A stretch of 64,000 nt of DNA from Octopus vulgaris (Eukaryota). The DNA is taken from the NCBI GenBank assembly GCA_951406725.2, contig OX597815.1, positions 86,614,001-86,678,000 of the forward strand, in the 5' to 3' direction. Position numbers and translations under genes: made by a program. The notes under the pieces are model-generated. The model had not been told where the DNA came from, ran no database searches, and saw only the letters and a list, made by a program, of their open reading frames with translations. Positions 12,628 through 26,681 of the stretch are shown here, in pieces (position 1 is the stretch's first letter; each line of letters opens with the position of its first letter).

Positions 12628-14049
12628 TATATAGCTATGTGTGTATGTATATTTTGCAATATAATCATGTTATTTTAATATCACTAAGATAATATCTCCT
12701 GAGGTAATTTATGTGTATTATCATTTGGTATAAGTGTCATTTCACACGTATATTTGTTATAAGAATATAGTCTTTTTGCTTTTCCTCCAACCGCTAATTC
12801 CTTATATGCCTGTATTTTGCCTTCTTTTTTGTTTTTATTTAAACATTTTTTGTCTATATAGCCAAACCTGGCTCTATTGATTTCCGACAACCAATCATAT
12901 TACGCATTTGCTTTCAAATATTTTGTGACTGTTCAACAGAATTTGAATTATATCTATATAAATGCATGCTTTTGTTAAATCAGCAGAATCTGACAAATCT
13001 GAAAGTGAAATTGGAAATTGCGTTATTGAAATTTCTGTTCTGTTGGTCTTGAAACACGAACACACACGCGCGCGCGCACAAACACACATACACATACATA
13101 CACTCACGCACATGCACGCATATACATACACAGAGTATCAGACAGATAGATAAATACATACACATACACCCACATATATACATACATACATACATAACGA
13201 CACACACGTGCACGCACACACATACATACATATATACATGCATACATATATACATGCATATTTACATGCATACATACATAGATAAATTTTGTGGTGACAA
13301 CTTTCGCTTATCAGCTTATTCCACCATAATTGTTGAATAATATATATGTGTGCATGTGTGCATGTGTGTATATGTATGCGTGTGTGCGTGCCTGTGTGTG
13401 TTTCCTTCATTCATCTTTCTTGTCAAACCATGCAACTCATGCCAGCATAGGAAATTGATGTTATAGGATGATGATGTATATACATACACACACTCACACA
13501 CACACTCACTCACACACACATATGTGTATGTATGTATGTTTGTATAGTTCATTGAAATTAAATGTTTGTATTGCAAATTGAGTTTAAAAACGTCTCTCAT
13601 TATGCAAAAACGCGGAGACCTAGTCCTGCCCAAATCGACCGATAATGTCTTTGAAATATATAACAAAATTGTAATGGGTGCAGTGTACTTCATCATAAAT
13701 CCACAAACAAACGTATGAACAGTAAAATATCCGAAGTTTCATATCTAAAGTTGAAATATCAATAACAATATCGTTGAAATCACACAGAGAAGTGTGTAAG
13801 TTTCTCGAATGTTAGTGTAAAAAATCTGCATGCACAATCATACGTATATGTGTGTGTTCGTGTGTGTCTGAGTGTATGTATGTATGTATGTATATGTGCG
13901 TGTGTATGAATGTATGCATGGATGCACGTGTGTATACATGCATGCATACGTCCAATCCAGGACTGCCACATTATGTTAGCAAATAGTCCTTACTTTAAAA
14001 TAATGTAATTGAATATCTCTCTTCGAGAGATGTAGAAGTAGTAATGTTT

Positions 14050-14252
14050 CCGTTCGCACTCCCGGCCCTATTCGCCGGTGCGTGCGCGGTCGGGCCGCGG
14101 TGCTCTGCTCGCGTCGCCGCCGCGACTCGGCACCCCGTCCAGCGCTCGTCTTCGCCCGCTCCGCGTCGTGTCCGGTTTCACGCCTGCGCCCTCAACGGCG
14201 CGGGTCGGTCCGGCGCGCGCGGGAGCCACGTGGCGGGTGCGCTATTGGGCGT
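14050..14252. other. Isolated GC/CpG-rich island
   Basis: About 153 of 200 bases are G+C by hand count, against an AT-rich background. Contains CCACGTGG and a reverse CCAAT. Confidence 0.85.
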
Positions 14253-14343
14253 TATTAGATCAGTAACTGTGTGTTACTTTGAAACTTACGTATTTTCGAA
14301 CGGGAACTTACCAGTACCGTCTAGCCGAGCAGCTAATCTGCGT

Positions 14344-14535
14344 TGATAAAAGCGACAACCCAGAAATCGGTCCACAGATGTTGCTATGTGCTGGATCAGC
14401 GTGTTGAGCTCCCGTGTTCGAAAATATAAGGGCACAATGTCTGTGACTCTATATTTTTGAACAGGGGAGCTCAGTGTCCCTATCCAGCACAAAGCAACAT
14501 CTGTAGACCGATTTCTGGGTTATTACACTTTATCA
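14344..14535. repeat. Long imperfect hairpin (~93 bp arms, 5 nt loop)
   Basis: AACCCAGAAATCGGTCCACAGATGTTGC... pairs with ...GCAACATCTGTAGACCGATTTCTGGGTT. Loop ATGTC at 14437-14441. Confidence 0.9.
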
Positions 14536-14556
14536 GCACAGAGTAACACACACACA

Positions 14557-14618
<62 letters not shown>

Positions 14619-14807
14619 ATAATGAAATCATGATACGTAGATAATCGTTTTATTTTGTAAATTTTCATTTGCCGTGCTTATTTTTTACATTTTGGCATTT
14701 GGTGGGATTTTTTCTTGAGAAGACACTTTTTCTGGTAAGGCGATTTGACGTCTATCTCTAGCATATAGGAATCCACTTTAGTGGTCATTCCTCTTATTAA
14801 TTGTTTG

Positions 14808-14887
<80 letters not shown>

Positions 14888-15299
14888 ATATTATTTCCGG
14901 TAATTTAGCGCGCCAAAACGAAAACATTTGAAAAATAACCACAAGTGTAATAGATAAAATTGCATGAATTTTCGATCTCGTGTTGATGTCTGGCGTGTAG
15001 TTCTTCAAATTATATTTGTATAGACGATCATACTGATGATCTACAATTAAATTATGTATGTAAAAATTACGTAATTTGTTGATAGTGAAACATTTGTTTA
15101 TGATTAATCTATATTTTTGTTACTTTTCATTTGTCTTGCTCGCTTATGTTTCTGATGTTTGCTAAATTGTCTAGAGAACATTTCTTAGTGGTAAACCATA
15201 GCGGAACGTCTTCTAGCGTAAGGGTTTCCACATAGTGGTAAATTCCCACTTATATGTATGTAATACTATTTACTGAACCTCAGTTTTTTTTTATATGCT

Positions 15300-15350
15300 A
15301 GACCACTGGTGTTAAAATTGATATAGATGGAAGCTGAAAGAAGCCCGTCG

Positions 15351-15414
<64 letters not shown>

Positions 15415-15475
15415 TGTACGTGAGTATGTATGTTTGTGTATCTGTGCTTGTTCTCCCAACATCACTTGACAACAT
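15300..15475 (+). mobile_element. Family 1 SINE fragment
   Basis: GGAAGCTGAAAGAAGCCCGTCG(TA)n(TG)n...CATCACTTGACAAC matches the internal part of 3289-3742. Confidence 0.75.
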
Positions 15476-17823
15476 CAGAAGTAAAAGAATTTGATTAACA
15501 CCTGCGTTTAACTCCATTTATTTATTTATATATATTATACAAAATATTTCACATCAACCCGGAGTTTCTATCTTTACAAACAGGGTGTTACGTCCTTATT
15601 ACTTGCGTGATTTTTTGCTGCCCTGGTAACTCTTCATCTATTTTTTTCCGTGTTAATTGGAAACAGAGGAAAAATACACACATCCATTTATATATATTCG
15701 TTGCAAAATTATGCATATATATGTGTGTTTTTGTGTGTGTGTTTGTCTGTTCGTGTATATATGTGTGTGTTTATTGTTTATAACGAATAAGAGAATAAAG
15801 TTATTAATATATATTACCGGATATAATTATAATCATTTGGCGCAAACCGTTTACCACTACTTCATATTTCACAAATGTTTTATTTTGGTCTATAATTGTA
15901 TTGGTAATTGTCTATTATAGCCTTTTTTTCATTATTGACCGTCTAATTGATCGACCATTCACGAAAATTGAAGTAACACCAGAATGCTTCATCAGAATAT
16001 TTGATTTTTGTTCCATATTTTGGATGTTTCACTTTCTTGAATTGTTCAGTTCCTCCGAGAAATTTTGTTTCCGTTGTATCCTGCGAAATAGTCGAATGTG
16101 TTTAAAGATATTCACAATACATTCTAACGCGTAAGGATACTAGCTTCAATTGAGTTGAAATTGAAGTAAGATTTTATTTAGTTCTTCATAATTATGTTTT
16201 CCAGTCGTAATTGAATTTACATGTGTAGGAGGTGAATTTCCATTCCATTGGTCTCACCTATCTCGGAAACCTTCAAAGTTCATAGTTAATCTAGAAAACA
16301 CCATTAAAGACAAAACCAACCAACTGGGCAATAATAACTTTGTACAGGGAAACTTGCTCTTTCTAACGTGTGCGTAAATATGAATATATATGTGTATGTT
16401 CTATTTTAATATCTAACGCTTAAGAATGTATCTTGAAGGCATAAATCAATAAAAGAGTCAAGAAATATTCGTTCTGTGGATTGGAAGCATCAAATATTGA
16501 TATTTAGCGAATTTCATCGGAAAGCCCAGAGGTCGTAACTGTTATGCGGATTTTTTTATCTCTTTATTGTGTTTGAACATTAGAATACAAAAATTTGAAA
16601 CCTAGGCTCACATTGGTTACTAACTTATCTGCATCCAACGCTGTATCCTTGTATAATAGGTCGTTTCTTTACGTTATCTCTGGGAGGCATTTTCCAATCG
16701 GAATTTTCTGAAATCTAGGCTTACACTAAATAAGTTAAGTTGTTACTCTTAAAATTCACAAGTAATCTTACAATATTTTGGAAGACAACGGCATCATCGT
16801 TTTATAAGTAGTAACCTGGGCGAGCTAACATACCTATTGTAATTATACAAAAAGATTTTTATATTGAGTTCCCTTCAATGGAGGTGGTGTATTTCACTAT
16901 CTTAATGATTAATTCTAAGGGAAGCAACCTTGTAATTTATATTAATCAAGATTATCTGAAAACTCAATGGTGTTTATGATTGACTGCAATCGATATACAA
17001 CGCAGCATACATAAAAGAATAGAACTTTCCTTTCTTCATACACAGCCGTCTGTGTGATTTTGATATTTCAGGATGCATGAACAAAAGTGCAGTGTATGGA
17101 TGTGTGCTGCATCTATAAGCATTAGATACGTCGTTGTCATTGTTTGGACCATATCAATCCTGGTCAAACAGATCATTGTATCTACAATCTACTATGGAAA
17201 TAGTGTGTGAATTGAAGGTAACTAATTCTAGCAAGTCGACTGACATTGTTGGCGTATTGCGTAATTATGAGTGCATCTGTAATTTACTAAATGTTGATGT
17301 ATTGTGCATTTTTATGAATCCTGTGTTTGTCAGTGTCTGTACGAATTTAAGGAATACTGTGCTTGTATATATATCTAAATACAGCGTGTACGTTTGTGAA
17401 AGGGTAAATGTTGTGTGGCATTTGGGAACGTCTGCATGTAACGCGTGTGTTTGTGTGTGAGACTGTAAATTAATATCTGCATTGGAGAGTGTATGGTTGT
17501 ATGTATGGTAAGTGTAGGGGTATAGCTGTGGCGGAGAACGTTGAAAATCTTATAACTATGCCTATGAGACCCAATATGTGGAATGTTTAGAGGAAACCAT
17601 TTTCTTGCATCTCTCTTCAAATAGTTAAATGTAAAATTAAAATAGAAACCTTGTTAACGTGTTGAAAATCTGTTACTCCTTAATTAAATATCGCATGTGT
17701 AATTAACAATTAAATTCTTTCTCTTATTGAAATAGTCTAGGAAAAATTAATTTTGAAGAGATTTATCGATGACGTACTCAAATCTTTTCCTTTCATTTTA
17801 ATTCTGTTCATTATTTATCTCTA

Positions 17824-17873
<50 letters not shown>

Positions 17874-20124
17874 CTCTCTGCCGCCACTTCTCTATGTTCT
17901 CTCTACTTCCCACATTCTCTCTCTCTCCCATCCTCCTCTCATCCTCTCTTTATCCCCCCTCCATCATTATTTTCAATGACACTACTAGATATTCCGGTTT
18001 CTCTGAAGCATTTCGACGACACATCTCTCAGAGATAATTGTGGTTAATTATACCTTAAGGACGTAAAGTAAATATAATGTAAAAGATAAAAGCGTTCTCG
18101 TAGTTCTGAAGTTTGTTTCTATAAGCATACGTCAAATATATATTTTTTTTTGTTTTCATATTATTGTCAAATAGTTAAAATTAGCTTTCGGCTCCCACAC
18201 ACTGCTATACTCACATAACTAAGAGATAATTTGTGATATTAACTTTACTTATGTTTATTGCACACAGTATAGATTTTAATAGTTTCCTTTATGAATCATT
18301 TAAAAATCAATATATTGATAATTTCATTATCTTTTTCTGTAAGCCTCATTCTAATGTTTAAATGTTACTATATATATATTATGACGGCCCACTAAATATT
18401 CCCAGCGTCAATGACCGAGTTGATTTAGTAACAGAGGATAGGTTTAGAGCATAGCGTATGTTTCTACAATAGATGCTGTGGTATTTTCTCTGTTAACCCG
18501 TTTATTTAGCTCAAGATACGATTAAATTGTAAAGTTTAACTAATTGCAGTTGTATGTAACAAACGATTTCTGTGATTTCAATAATGTGTTGCATTCTTTT
18601 TGCAGGTACGATAACTGCAATAGATTCTCATTCTATGCAAAGGAGAAATGTCTAGTTTCCGTTGAAGTCGAAAATAAGTACTGTTACAGAATCAATTTGA
18701 GTAGAAGAAAGACAAATTGAATATTAGAGAAAGAGATTATACAAATTAGTTCCTCAATTCTATCTCGGCTCAGTTTTTCAGCAAGATTTCCTCATGCAAG
18801 CAGTGATTTGACGTGCACATTTTATAAAGTGGTTTACCTACTTCGATTCATTTGGGTCAGATTTATTGGATATTATTCAATCTTCGCAGCTGTCTTTCTC
18901 GCTAAGAGCCGGTATTCGCAAGTTGGTTTGACAACGTAACTTTTATCGTTTTCGTGTGACCTGTTGACATAACTTGATACGTTGAGATAAATTTGAAAGT
19001 TATAAATTTGTTTTCAGTAGGATTCCAACTTTGATGACAAAATGACAAAATCTATATGGGTTTCCCTGCAGATTAACGAGCTATTAAATATTATAAACAC
19101 AAATTAAATGCACGATATAGGTTCTGATCTACTGACGAAAAAAAATCTTTTTTCTGTATTAACTGTTACTTATAAAGTGAAATGTCACTGTATTTTGGAA
19201 ATTTTAGCAGTTAATGCATGTTGATGCCTTTCTAGAGTTCTTTGGTGTTGTGACCTCTCAGTTACCATTTGTTACTGATGTAGGCTAAAAATACGCGTAA
19301 TTTCAAGAATAAAATGCACTATTGCCAGATTAACTTAAGAAATTGATATTATAAAACATGTTTCCGAGACAAGTTTTCTAACGGAACCCATGTTGCTTAT
19401 ATACAGAGAAGCTAAAATTCAACAGAACACATCAAGCCAACATACTTAAACACATTCTCTCTCTCTTTCTCTTATTCCCTTTCTTTCCCTCTCCCTTCCT
19501 TTATCTCTCCCTCTGTCTCCCCTATATCTCTCAGTCTCTCCTCTCTTTCTCTCTTTCTTCATCTTTCTCTCTCTCATTCACGCACATACACATGCATATG
19601 CATACAACCTCTGGGTTTAATTACACGTTCAAGTACTCAGAACAAATATCATAGTTTGTATCAAGATAATACAGGAATAGTAGAATAGACGTATTTCCCT
19701 GGGCTATAATATATTCTGACAAAAGCAAACTACTGATCGGTAGAGATACTCATCAAACGGTCAAGCAATCAGAGACGGCTACAATCTAATGAACGAGGAT
19801 TAGTTTGTGCAATATTATATTCGACTCTCAGACAAAATATGACGTATACACGCAAGGACACGTACACTCACACATACTCAGACGGGATATGGAAAAATGA
19901 AAAATAAAATGGTTTGAGAAGATAATCATGGAGGAATTTACTGGTGTGCAACCTTAGCTTTCTCAGTATGCATGTGTACACACGTGCGTGTGTGCTGGCG
20001 CGCGCGTGTCTGTGTGTAAGTAAATACATAGAAATGTATGTATGTGTGCATATATATATACATATACATATATATATAGAGAGAGAGTGTGTTATACAAA
20101 TGCCAGAACCGGCCGTCGTTGTAT

Positions 20125-20450
20125 TGTATCAAAGGTACGATCCATTCCATCTAAATTCAGAACCAGGTACTACAATAACTTGGGGTTCAGGGGCTCAAAG
20201 GCCCGCAGCCCTTCAATGCTCTGTCACAAAAATTAAGAAATCTGCATAAGGTGCAAGTAGATGCCTTCAAGCATCCTCCTCTCCACAATACCAAATGAAT
20301 CAACAGCCCACCATGAGGTACAGACGAGGGCAGCGGAATCAAACTCCCCTATACAGCAAATGGGGCAACAAGTGAGTGAAACACCCTAAACTGAGGTAAT
20401 CAGCAAAACCACAGTGCTACATAGCTGAAACGAGTAAAAGTGTAAAATAG
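20125..20450 (+). mobile_element. 3' end of a CR1/L2-group LINE
   Basis: Frameshifted SKFRTRYYNNLGFRG..FNAL..FK..RAAESNS, typical of ORF2 C-termini in this group. Tail CACAGT..GCTGAAACGAGTAAAAGTGTAAAA. Confidence 0.6.
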
Positions 20451-20464
20451 TAATATATACATAC

Positions 20465-20531
<67 letters not shown>

Positions 20532-21291
20532 CATATATACACATATATACATATATATATACGTATATATACACATATATACATATATATACGCACATAC
20601 ATATATATATATATACATATATATGCATACATACACACACATACATATTTATATACATAGTACATAAATGTGTATATATATATATATATATATATATTCA
20701 TCATACGTGTATGTGTGTGTGTATGCACTTTTAGCGTATTGAAATAGATATTGTGATATAATGACCATTTACTTTATAGATCAGATATATATCTATCTCT
20801 TGGGAATAAAATGTCTATTGTGTGATCATTAAAGAACAGCGGGAGTCTATTGAATCGTGATCCCCGCCTCAATTGACTTAAACATTTTGAGCATTTTCGC
20901 GTATACCATTTCCATTTGGATAGTTGAAATAAGTGAACGTTTAAAAAGGGGAAGGAAACTCGGTTCATAGGTTCAGGATGTCGGCGAATGCTTTGCTTCC
21001 TTTACTCACTCGCATACAATAACTTTCTTTCCCTGTTTAGAGATAACGTTTTCCTGGAATCATCTTGTTCATGTCGCTCCTGCGGCTATCGAATCGTATC
21101 AATTTAAGTGAAACATTAGCGGCCTAAATCTCACTGATCTTGGGGTGTCCACGAAAGTCATGAATGATGTCCCGTCCTCCAGACTCGGCAAATTAAGAAC
21201 ATTTCGGGGAATTGATATTTTTACTTGTGTGTGTGTATGTGTGTGTGTGTGTGCGTGTGTGTGTGTGTGTGTATGTGTCTGTTTAGTGCAA

Positions 21292-21504
21292 GGTCGACCA
21301 AAACCTTGTCAGTGGATTTGGTAGGCGGAAACTGAAAGAAGCTGACAAATCCACTGACAAGGTTTTGGTCAAATCCACTGACAAGGTTTTGGTCGACCAG
21401 AGGATATAGCAAAAGCCACGTGTCTAAGGTGCCACGCAGTGGGACTGAACCCGGAACCATGCGGTTGGGAAGCAATCTTCTTACCACACAGCCACGCCTG
21501 TGCC
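21292..21504 (-). mobile_element. Rearranged family 1 SINE (internal inversion plus 24 bp duplication)
   Basis: Head on the minus strand (21504-21400). CAAATCCACTGACAAGGTTTTGGT occurs twice (21346-21393), with an inverted copy at 21292-21320. Confidence 0.85.
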
Positions 21505-21845
21505 TATAAATATATGCATACACACACGCACACACACACACATATGCATATATATATATGTGTGTGTGTTTATGTATATATGTGAATATATACCCTTTTT
21601 AAAAAATGTATAACGCGTTAGACACAACACATGCTTTTGTATAGCTATGTTTGTGCATGCTCTCTTGTCAAATAAATCTTTCTTGTAATAGGGTTTTTTT
21701 TTCCAATTTATGAATGAGTCCTGGTGGAAGGTAGAATGAAAAGATTAATACAATTAGATTTATTATAGGCGGAGAGCTGGCAGAAATCGTAGGAATGTCG
21801 AAAAGATACGTAACAAACTCTTATGCCTCTTTATATTCACAAAGA

Positions 21846-21910
<65 letters not shown>

Positions 21911-21934
21911 GTATGTATGTATATATTATATGTT

Positions 21935-22060
21935 TGTAAGTCTGTGTTTCTCCCAGCACCATCGCTTGACAACCGATGGTGTGTTTAGATCCCTGTAACG
22001 ATAGAATAAGTACTAAGTTTACAAAGAATAAGTCCTGGAGTTGATTTTTCTCGACTAAAT
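21935..22060 (+). mobile_element. Family 1 SINE 3' fragment
   Basis: CATCGCTTGACAACCGATGGTGTGTTTA...GATAGAATAAGTACTAAG...AAGAATAAGTCCTGG. Confidence 0.75.
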
Positions 22061-23109
22061 ATATATATATATATTTCCCCACTTGCACATATGCACACAC
22101 ACACACTTACGTACACATATACACATGCACACACTGCACAAAATTAGTACCTTTTTATCACTCTCCAAATGATAAAAGACAACGTTTTTATGATGTTGCT
22201 ACAATTTCGTTTCGAAATTAGAATTCGCCTCCGTTGTGAATCGTTCCTATCATACTAGTCTGTTTCGTCTACAAGCATATAACGCTATGTGCCTGCATAT
22301 ATTATAGCTGAAAGATCCACTTTACAACCATGAGCTGTTCGGTTTTACTTCCACTCCTTAACACCTTAGTTACTGACTAGTAACTATCTACTATAATCGC
22401 GTTGAATCTAAACGCTGAGTAAAATTTGGTATTGAGGAATAATACGAGATTCATCAAATTATTTATTTTTGTTTATATTAGATATTGGTATGAGCTTGTC
22501 TGAAATATTTGAGAAGTAACCCCAGGCACTATCTAAGCCATGCAGCGAAATTTTCAAAAACATATAGCACATTTTCTGCCTTCACTTCGCTCACTAACAT
22601 ATAGCTATAACTCACATATAAAATACTTTGTAAATATCAAACGGTTAGTGTTGATGGTGATGGAGATAGTGATGATGATGGTGGTGGTAACGGTTATAAG
22701 AGTGATGGTGCGGTTTCATGTGACTTTCCAACATTGGAAATTGATTTTTGTTTAAAAGTCACTGTCTTGTTCATCAATAATAACAACCATAAATGTTTTG
22801 CAGTTATTGTTTTGACGATGGCTTGACGTAGCTATCATTGTCTGTCGTCGTAGACGTTGTCGTGCTGATCGCGGTCATCATCGTTGTGGACTCATTGTCG
22901 TCTCTGCTGTGACTACTGTTAAAGCTACGCTAGCATTATTCTCATATTAAAAATTGTTTTTCTTGCTTTGGTGCTGGAGTTGGAGATTAGGGAGGAGCGA
23001 GAAATGATTTCGTGTGTATGTCAGCATATTGTCAGCATGTATGTCTTAGTGTGTGTTTCTCTATAAGCGGACGCATGAATGCCTGTGCATGCGCAAATGT
23101 AGCTATTCT

Positions 23110-23269
<160 letters not shown>

Positions 23270-24359
23270 ATTTTGAAGTGAAAGTCTTTGATGAGTTTCG
23301 GATGATTATAAAGAAGTGGCTAACTATCCACTGAAAGATTTAAAAAATGTAAAAGAAGTGAAAAAGGAAATATATAAAACATAAAAAAAAAACACACAAT
23401 AAATAAAAATTGAGAAAGAGAAAAGAATGCAAATGAAACTAGAGAAAATAAAGTAGAGAGAAAGCACAAATTGGAGTGGAAGAATCGACGAATAAACAAG
23501 AAAGAAAAAGAAAATTAATGAAGAAGAGTGTTAGAAGAAAGAGATTCAGAGCTGCATTAATATCCGTTATCCGTCTCATCGAAACATCGGTCAAGTGGGA
23601 ACTTCAACGTTATCATATTAATAATCGGAGTGTATTTAATCTCTTATCGAAATAATGAAGGCATCGAAGACAATGCAGTGTTTTCTTATGCCTTTGTTTT
23701 ATGTATTATCAAGATATGAGTTATAGATACAAACAGTAACTGATGAATATAGACATACATACAAGCATGCACACACACGCACACACACACATACACGTAC
23801 GCACACGCACGCACACACACTGACACACACACGCAGATGTTTACACAGCAAAAAAATATTTGTCTGATACACAGTCTAATCTGCATAGTTTGCGTGTGTT
23901 TACTCTCCAGATAAATTCTGATGAAGACAAGTTAATACATGTTGGCTGGATAGACTTAAGCAAGTGATGCTGGCCATGGAGCCGGAATTTATGGGAGTTT
24001 ATGGACATTGACATAATGGTTACAATCTGTATATATTGATTGGGTAAATAAATACAAAATGTTGATTTTAGCTAATTATCTCTTCGTATCCGTGGCCTGT
24101 AAAATATCATTAGATATATCCAATGTTTAGGTGATGATTGGTGTGATATCGACTGGCGCTGCTGTCAAGTTACATTCGATTGCTATTCACTCAGTAGACA
24201 TGATCACCAAATGTTGACAGATTCAGCAACATCTGCTATGCAGTCTATAGAATCAATATATATACTTTGAAACAAGATAAACAACATTATGTGTATATGC
24301 GTGTGTCTTTTTGTATGTGTTTGTGTTTGTGAGTGTAAAGAATCGAGGGCTAGTGGTAA

Positions 24360-26254
24360 TGATGTTGTGCTCATCTGTTCACTGTCAAGGAAGAACTGGA
24401 GATGCCGTAGCCTCAGCGCATGTCTGCGCATCATCAACCACGACATGCTCAGTCCACCACGCGGCGGGTGCTGACAGCAGATAGACCGCTTGACCATCAT
24501 GACGCGTACCTTCCACAAGAAGTGGAAGAGTATACGCTTCAGCGTAATCAGACGGTGGCTAGAACAAGGCACGACGGTCAAGCAATAGTAGATGACGGAC
24601 GCGATATACATGTTAGCTACCTCTTCTCGACCTGTCAAGGAGAGCTTTTTCTCGGTCCATGTCTAGATGGGAGTAGTCACCCTGCTCTTTACCTCGTTCC
24701 AGTTTTTGTCCATTTGAAAGTCCGAACCGAACTAGACCCCGAGCAATTTAACCGTTCCGACCTTCCAGCGCCCAATGACACAGTTGGACGGCATGGACTT
24801 GCTTCTCCACGTGTCGAGCAGTAAGCCCACTGATTTTTTCCTGGTTAATTGTCGCTCCTGAAACCACCTTGTAGTCCCTGAAAGTGGTACCGATAATTTC
24901 TATGTGTTTATGATCCTACACCAATGCGGTGACATCGTCGTATTTCAAAGGCTGTTATCTGCCTTTCGCAACGCTCCACCACCCTCGCTGAGAGCTGCGG
25001 CAACACGACGAGGTAGGACGTGAAATTCATCCTGCGACCCGGTTCGCCGCTGTTCCCGAACAGTTGAGCGAAGCGCCGCTGAAAGGCCTCCCACACCTGT
25101 CTCTGATCAGTTATCATTTGCCCTTCGTGGTTCGATACGGATTTATTGCTACGTCGTGCCTCTGCCACTCAGGCCCATTGAACGGCTTTCGTCTCTTCGT
25201 GTCTAAGTGCTCGGGCCTTAGCTCTGACAACGCAACCTTCGTGTTTCGCGTTGAAGAATTGGTCGAGTACCAATCTCACTGCAAGTACGTCGGTCGTGAT
25301 GCCTTTTCTAAAAGCGTCGTCTAACTTGACTAGCTCTGTCTCTACACTATTTCGTTCTACTGCTAGTCCTTTGTTAACACTTATCGATTCTATTCTAATC
25401 GCTCTTTTAAGGCCGAACTACCATTTGTTGTTGATTATTACCCCGTCAACACCCTCTTAACTAGTTCACTAATCAGGTTTCTGAAATCTTCACGTGCCGG
25501 CAACGAGGTGTTCAGTTTCCAGTAACCGGGTCCCTGTCTATGAAACCTAAGTCAACTGTTCAGATCAAGAATTTGTGGTCTGTATAGGCGACTACTTTAA
25601 ACTGTGGACAACTTATGCTATCCGTTTCTGCTACTCTACAAAATACCCTATCTAGATACGAACTGGATGACCCGATGCGGTTTGATCAGGTCCACACTGG
25701 AACGTCCAGGAAATCCAGTCGGTACCTGTCAGACACTTGGAATCGCCTGAGCAGGTTTGCGAAGCTTTTGCATCCTCCTCTCCTATCTGCTAAACCTACA
25801 CAGTCCCACTTTACATCTAAAACTCCATTCCAATTCCCCACTAATATTAAAGAGCAGGATGTTCCAGGAAATTTTCCAGGGATCTGAAGAAATCTGGTCG
25901 TCCTGCTCTTGTCGAGGCATAGACGGCATCTTCCCTAAAAGTATGTCCTTCGTTGTCTGTCATGTCCAGGACCACCGACTTACCTTCCGGATCCGAAAAG
26001 ATCGCCCATGTTACAAAACCCAGATTTTCCTGAATTATCACGGCGACTCTGCCACTCGCTCCCGGACGACTTGGAGATGCGTACATCTCATAGTCACCGA
26101 AAATAGGTTGGAAGATCTGTGTGTCGGGAATTCTGGTTTCGCTAATGGTCACAACGTCAACATTCAGTTCCCATAGGTCGTTGAGCTGGCGACCCGGCTT
26201 CGAAGGTGGCCCCAGGCTACGAACATTTACGCTGCTTATTTTGTCCACGACCAT
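24360..26254 (-). pseudogene. LINE ORF2 (APE present, RT core missing)
   Basis: APE at 26254-25550. After RQITAFEI (~24945) the sequence jumps directly to DDVTALV..SGATIN. Confidence 0.8.
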
Positions 26255-26648
26255 GTTGTCGGAAAAAGAGAAGAAAATAAAGGGAAGACTTACTTGGTTT
26301 TGTTCGGAGGACCGGATCGCCTGTCCATCCTGTTGGCTTGGGGTGTTTCCAACAGCAAATCACCAAGAATTCTCTTGGTGATATTCCCTCGAAAATCTCC
26401 GATTTCCTGTGGGAAATGGGTTTTTAAGTGTATGTGTACATGTTTGTGTCGTTTGAATGATTTTTACGAGTGCAGGTAGGGAGAATGAGGGTGTGACAAA
26501 ATCTTTTGGCGTAATGTTTGCGCGTGTTATATATTTCATTATTCATCGTTTTTTGAGTTTATTACCATGTAGTTCGTAATGTTAGTCTTTAATGTGTGTT
26601 TGTTGTTGTTGCTGTTGCGGTTGTTGTTGTTGTTGTTGCTGCTGCTGC

Positions 26649-26681
<33 letters not shown>

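Noticed and set aside
14044-14346. 100 aa ORF over the GC island
   Set aside because: Long ORFs are expected at this GC content, and no recognisable motif is present.
16350-16960. Possible degenerate PLE RT on the minus strand (NDDA, FLDS, YIH)
   Set aside because: Motif spacing is too long and similarity too weak to call by eye.
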